Assembly: GCA_002189035.1 (NCBI GenBank) | Contig: NEEC01000017.1 | Span: 2,356,001-2,420,000, forward strand | DNA: 64,000 nucleotides | Direction of reading: 5' to 3' | Source: Utricularia gibba | Lineage: Eukaryota; Plantae; Magnoliophyta | Position numbers and translations under genes: made by a program | The notes under the pieces: model-generated | The model's database searches: none | What the model was told of the DNA's origin: nothing | What the model saw: only the letters and a program-made list of their open reading frames with translations | Part shown: positions 58,601 to 64,000 of the stretch, piece by piece | Numbering within the stretch: the stretch's first letter is position 1 | Layout of the letters: every line of letters starts with the position of its first letter

Positions 58601-61249
58601 TCTGAAACAAAATGAAGACAGCTCACCTGTGCGAGGATATGCACCAATCAACGATATCTATGATAGGGCATTGAGCACCTATGAACCAGCAAGCGTTCAG
58701 GAAGCTCTCGCTGACCCAGATTGGAAGAAATCCATAGACGAAGAATTCAACTCCATCCAGAAACACGGCGTTTGGACAGCAGTGCCTAAGCCGAAGCAGA
58801 AAAAACCTCTGGACCTAAAATTCATATTCCGTCCCAAGTTAAATCCTGATGGCACTCTGAACAAAAGAAAATCCAGACTGGTGGTAAAGGGATATTTACA
58901 GAAAGAAGGGATTGATTACCTGGAAACCTTCGCTCCGGTGGCAAGATTAGACACCATTAAGCTGATTATTGCACTTGCGGCCTGCAACAAGTGGTATTTA
59001 CATCATCTGGACATAAAAACGGCCTTTCTGCATGGAGAGTTAAGCGAAGACATATATGTGAACCCCCCTCCAGGTTTCATCATCCGAGATAATCCAGAAT
59101 ATGTACTGAAATTAAATAAAGCTTTATACGGACTCAAGCAGGCCCCAAAGAATGGTATACTACCATTGACACTTTCTTTCTAGAGCTGGGATATACAAGA
59201 AGTCAAAATGATACTACATTATACATATCTGAGGATATCCAAGGAAAAGTTATTGTCTCCTTATACGTAGACGACATTCTAATCACAGGCAGCAGTGAAG
59301 AACGAATTTCTGAATTACAGAAGCTATTGCAGCAAAGATTTGAACTCACCAATCTGGGACATGCACGTTATTTCCTAGGAATGGAGATCATTCAACATAA
59401 AGACTTCATATTTTTGAACCAACGTAGATATACAGAGGAACTACTCAAAAAATACAGCATGGAATCATCAAAAGTATCTACTACTCCTTTCTCACCAGAA
59501 GTTAGAAAGAAATTATCTGACCTTAATTCTCATCCAGTTGACTCTCATAACTACCAGAAACTCATTGGCGCTCTGATGTATTTAACTGCTACTAGACCGG
59601 ATATAACCTTCGCCGTATCATTTCTGGCCAGATTCATGCATCAGCCACACAACACACACCTGGAAATAGCAACACGTATCCTGAAATATTTGAAGGCCAC
59701 AACTTCCTTTGGTTTATATTACAAGAAAGGTACTAACCCTATTTTGCAGGGATTTGTTGATTCAGACTTTGCTGGCGACGAACAAGATTGTAAATCTACC
59801 ACAGGCTATCTATTCAACTTAGGATCAGCGGTATTTTCATGGAACAGCAAGAAACAAGCCGTCACTGCACAATCATCGGCAGAAGCCGAATACATCGCAG
59901 GAGCTGCTGCTGCCAACCATGCGCAATGGTTGGTGAAATTATGCGATGACCTGAAAATTCAAATTACAAGACCGATAATACTCAAGATAGATAACAAATC
60001 TGCCATTAGCATCGCAAAAAATCCTGTGATGTTCGGTCGGACCAAGCACATCAAGCTTAAATACCATATACTCAGAGATTATGTGAAGGAAGGACTGATT
60101 AAACTTGAGTACTTACCATCGGATGAGCAACCTGCAGATATTCTCACCAAATGCTTATTCCCAAGGAATTTCAACAGAATCAGAGAAATGCTGGGAATTC
60201 GGAGAAATCCTCTTGTGACAACAGCCGGATCTTCATTACTCCCTCAGGGAGGAATGTCAGCAAGTGGTGGAGCAACGAAGATCCGGGAAGTCTCAACCCG
60301 CGAAGATGAATGGCGCGCGACCTCTGTTCCTCCCATGAGAAGCAACCCTCAATTAGATTGGGAAAAAGGCCTTATCATACTTGGGCCTCAACATTCCAAA
60401 CTACTGGCCCAAGAAGAAGCATCTGAAGCCCAGTCCATGAAAGAAGTCCTAGTAAATTCTGGCTGCTACACAGTAGATGAACAAGAGGACTAATCTACAG
60501 ACTAAAGGCAACGGTCATATTTTAGGCCTGATATGATCCAACGGGCAACTCTCCTCATCTATATAAATCCCTGTTTGCTTTATGAAAAAAAAAAAAAAGT
60601 TCTTTTCGATCCAAAAACAATAGTCAATATCCACAAACTTCAACATTCTCTCAACGTTCAACCAAGTCTCCAACAAAATCAAGCAGCCAAAAATACTTTT
60701 AGCACTTGCCTTAGCTTTTGAAATGATCTTCACGGCCACTTGCTGATTCTTGAGCTCCCCCTTTTTGACTTTGGCCCAACATGTATGACCAAAATGCCCA
60801 CGACCCACTTCTTTCCCAAGCTCGTACTTCGCCCCTATGTTCTTTGAATATCCGAAGCTCTTATCGAGCTGTTGCTCAATTCCATCTGCACGGCCGGTGC
60901 CTGTTGTCTCCTCAGGTATAGGAATAGTAGGGTGTGCCGATTGCCGCCGTCTCAAAAGCGCCGACATAATGGGTTTCGCCGGGGATGGAGGAGGCAAGGG
61001 CCATCGAAATTTTCTAGCCGGAGTCCCCGAAGGCGATGGCGACGGTGCAATACCACTGGGGTAGGGGCTCTGGAATGGACTTCCTGTGATGTATTGAGGC
61101 GGAGTTCGAGCTGCCCCATTGACTGAAGTCGACGGCGTGTGCGATCCCGGTGAGGCGGCCTGACGCCGGCGGGTGTCGGGATCCGCAGAGGAGGTGAACT
61201 CGTTATTCTCTAGAGAAGCCGCAACGTTCTTGCTACAACAATGCCCCAT
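52678..61249 (-). CDS. CRK: CDPK-related kinase (CRK4/6-like), 11 exons; intron 1 holds the retrotransposon
   Basis: MGHCCS acylation motif, [65 protein letters not shown] and degenerate EF-hand C-terminus. Confidence 0.95.
55134..55579 (+). repeat. 5' LTR (446 bp), TG...TA
   Basis: Matches the 3' LTR except A13 versus A14; TATA box TATATAAA at ~55439. Confidence 0.97.
55580..55597 (+). other. Primer-binding site complementary to the 3' 18 nt of cytosolic tRNA-Trp
   Basis: TGGTGAACCCGACGTGAA is the reverse complement of TTCACGTCGGGTTCACCA, the plant tRNA-Trp(CCA) 3' end as recalled. Confidence 0.85.
55639..60493 (+). CDS. Gag-Pol polyprotein of the Copia element, split by two apparent -1 frameshifts (~56067, ~59150)
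   Basis: Gag [16 protein letters not shown]; two CCHC knuckles; protease [10 protein letters not shown]; integrase WHQRLGH...[29 protein letters not shown]; [24 protein letters not shown]; RNase [30 protein letters not shown]. The start codon is approximate. Confidence 0.95.
60246..60254 (+). other. Polypurine tract AGGGAGGAA
   Basis: Purine run immediately before the TG of the 3' LTR. Confidence 0.85.
60255..60701 (+). repeat. 3' LTR (447 bp), TG...TA
   Basis: Follows the PPT; followed directly by TSD GCACT. Confidence 0.97.
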
Positions 61250-63174
61250 TACTTAACTAAGAGGTAATTCGAAATCAAGCACCAGATCAAGAACCACTCA
61301 ACAAACTCTACTCATCCGCGAGTCAACAGACGAATCAGATCCAAGACACCACCACCTCCAACTTCTCCGGACTCTGTGCATCCGGATATCAAGACTCCGG
61401 TCATCCGCCACGCGGTCAACGGAAACAAAAAAACAAGGCGGATTCCGGTGTGCTCAACCTGGGCCGGATTCTGCTTCAGCAGACAAACAATCACAAATAA
61501 CCCCTTTTGAAAAACGACCAAAAAAACGAATCTTTCAACTCACTCAGACGCAAAGACATCCACCCACATGCGTGATTCTCCGATTTATGAAAAAACCGGA
61601 ATTTCACTTCACTCCAGAGAAGCAAAAAAAAAAAAAAAAAAGATCTTTCGTTGTTTTTTCTTCAAAAAATTTTATTCCTCTGGCCCCGAGGTTTTTTCTT
61701 TTTTCCCTTCTCCCCCTCCCCCTTCAAAAGGAAACCAGAAACAAGATGATTTCCCTTTGAATTTGCTCGTAATATTCTCCAGGCTGGGGCTGGTAGCCTA
61801 AACACGCTAACCAGAGTCTTTCCCCTCTCTCCTCCGTTCATATGAATTTTTTAACATTTGATTTTCAACGCCTTCGTTTGATTCTAACACAACAACACAC
61901 TTCTTCTTGGCCTTTAATTATTAAATAACACGAGATGTAAAAATCCCCTACACCCAGAATTACCTGGAGATGATGTATAAAAGTCTTTTATCTCATTTGA
62001 ATTTTCTTAACTCAACAAATGTTAATATTTTCCATTTATTTCAAATAAATTATTAATTGAACTATAATACAAAAGGTACCATTTCCAAACAATTATCGAT
62101 ACCCTTTTGTGCTCCACACCAAATGTTGCTAATGAGTATAATAAATGTTTCACTGGCTTTTTTTGGATCATTATAATTATTAAAAAATGATAGTCTCAAT
62201 TCCAATAAATGATATAAAGAAGTGCAGAACAAATAATTGTCCCTACGTTGACTCCACAAATTAATTTATTAACTAAAAAAAACGAGTACATAAAAGTAAA
62301 CGGAGGGGCATTCTCGTCTTCACCTCGACGCGGAAGTACGTGTACCCTTTCCTAAAGGGCTGAATTCATAGGGCCGGTCAACTCTCGAAAAACGTTATAT
62401 TATCCATCCGCTTCCTTTATTTATTTATTTATTTATTTTATTTTTAACTATTAAACGTAAGTTAATTAATCACAATAAAAATCAATGTTAAAAAGAAGCT
62501 GGGGGAGGGGGTGGCTGCCCCTACATGCACCGCCACTGGTTGGGGTATTTTGAAATCGGAATGGGGGAGACTGGAAAAGTCAAAAGATGGGGAGCATTCA
62601 GTATTTGCTTGGTGAGCGGCCTGAGGAAATGGAGGCAGGAGGGTGGGGTCTCGGTTTACCATTCGGTCAAATCAGGGATGAGTATGCGTGCGCATCAGGC
62701 CGGCTGATCTGATCTGAGCCCTAGAAATCAACCAACTCGCACTAATTATTGCCCAAGCATATATTCTCGCTACGATCAAGACGGAATCTTAGACTCAGCT
62801 GGTTGCGTAACCGCGGCTGCGGGTGGAAAATCAGGCGGAGGTTTCGATGCTTCTCCGCCGATCGTCAAGTGGAGGGACGCGCAGGGGGCGATCGCGGGGA
62901 GCAAACGCGTGATTGATGATGGCGCAACTGACAGGAATCATTGATGAAGATGAGGAAGAAGGGCGCGCCTTCAACGACCCATTCATCAAGCACGCTATCA
63001 ATGCGGTTGCATATCCCCAATAATCAAGCTTCAACCACACTAGTTCCAGAGATTCTTTTAAAAAAAATAATAAGAAAATACTTTTAAATTTATAAAACTA
63101 TAATTAAATTATTTGTAAAACGTAATCTAAAAACAAAAAAACTTTATATGTAAAAAATGGATAAGTTTATATGG

Positions 63175-63247
63175 TGGGCTGGGCCTCTCTAATTTGGGCT
63201 GATGGGTTATGGAAAACCCGGCAACTGCAGGGGTCGTGACATGGGCC
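63175..63247 (+). promoter_or_regulatory. Site II (TGGGCY) cluster upstream of RPP1
   Basis: TGGGCT 63175, TGGGCC 63180, TGGGCT 63195 and TGGGCC 63242. Confidence 0.65.
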
Positions 63248-63349
63248 TCATTGGGTATTATATATACGGTTTGTGGTGGTGTAACCCTACGCAATCACCG
63301 ATTCCTGAGCCGCAGCCGAAGAACCGAAATCCTTGATTCAAGATTGAAG

Positions 63350-63720
63350 ATGTCGATCGGCGAAACGGCGTGCACCTACGCTGCTTTGATTCTTCACGAT
63401 GACGGCATCCCGATCACGGTATATTTTGTTCTTTCTTGATTTCTACGCAGTTTGGTATCTGGAGTGTTTTGTGGTTACGTTTCGACCTTCTGTTGTAGGC
63501 GGAGAAGATCGCTACGCTTGTGAAGTCTGCTAATGTGACGGTGGAGTCGTATTGGCCTAGCCTTTTCGCTAAGCTTTGCGAGAAAAGGAACATTGAGGAT
63601 CTTATCCTGAATGTCGGTGCCGGTGGAGGCGGTGCTGCAGTTGCAGTTGCCGCTCCTGTCGGTGGTGCCGCCGCTGGTGGTGCGGCCGCCCCCGCTGCCG
63701 CTGCCGTTGAGGAGAAGAAA
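63350..63720 (+). CDS. RPP1: 60S acidic ribosomal protein P1; exons 63350-63418 and 63499-63720, last exon beyond the window
   Basis: [49 protein letters not shown]...Ala/Gly hinge...EEKK. Confidence 0.96.
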
Positions 63721-64000
63721 GTACGCACTCTCTCGAATGCCGCATTCTTTCTTTATTGGCTTCCATCATACGTTATCGGTTTTTTTTTAGAATTGCATAA
63801 TTTAATAGGCTCCTTTATTGGAAAATACAAGAACGTGTTGTTATGCCTGTGATGGCTCAATGCTTGTTGTTATGCCTGTAATTTTTGCGTAGCTGGGGTT
63901 CGTGTTTTTGAGTTTTAAGAATCGGGTTTGTGCTTTCAGCCTTTTTAAACAGCAGGTGCATTGTTAAATTGTTTGTGGATCACTGAAGATGTATGCTGTG

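Larger units (their letters stand above)
55134..60701 (+). mobile_element. Full-length Ty1/copia LTR retrotransposon, 5,568 bp, 5-bp TSD GCACT
   Basis: Direct LTRs at 55134-55579 and 60255-60701; GCACT at 55129-55133 and 60702-60706; domain order gag-PR-IN-RT-RH. Confidence 0.98.

Overview
Gene-dense plant (eudicot) nuclear DNA with short introns and short intergenic spacers. It holds about 17 protein-coding genes: ASG1-like (partial), CYP89A, AlaRS, AIPP2-like PHD protein, class II 4CL, XPO1, LEA-like, PP2C, SINAT, OPR, organellar RPL9, RPL21, GH17 glucanase, ATXR6, PPR, CRK and RPP1 (partial). Three decayed gene relics that the ORF track misses or shows only as fragments are present (TOL1, CDC20, cytochrome b5). 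The most unusual object is a very young 5,568-bp Ty1/copia LTR retrotransposon at 55134-60701. Its LTRs differ only by one A in a homopolymer and end TG...TA instead of TG...CA. Its 18-nt primer-binding site matches plant tRNA-Trp as I recall it, not tRNAi-Met. Its Pol frame reads 79 codons into U3. It sits antisense inside the GC-type 5' splice site of CRK intron 1, which its 5-bp target-site duplication rebuilds. Five single-base deletions in short homopolymers (4CL, PPR x2, Copia x2) look like assembly errors rather than real lesions. Family calls and Arabidopsis locus numbers come from recalled motifs, not database searches. No rRNA, tRNA gene or CRISPR array was recognised.
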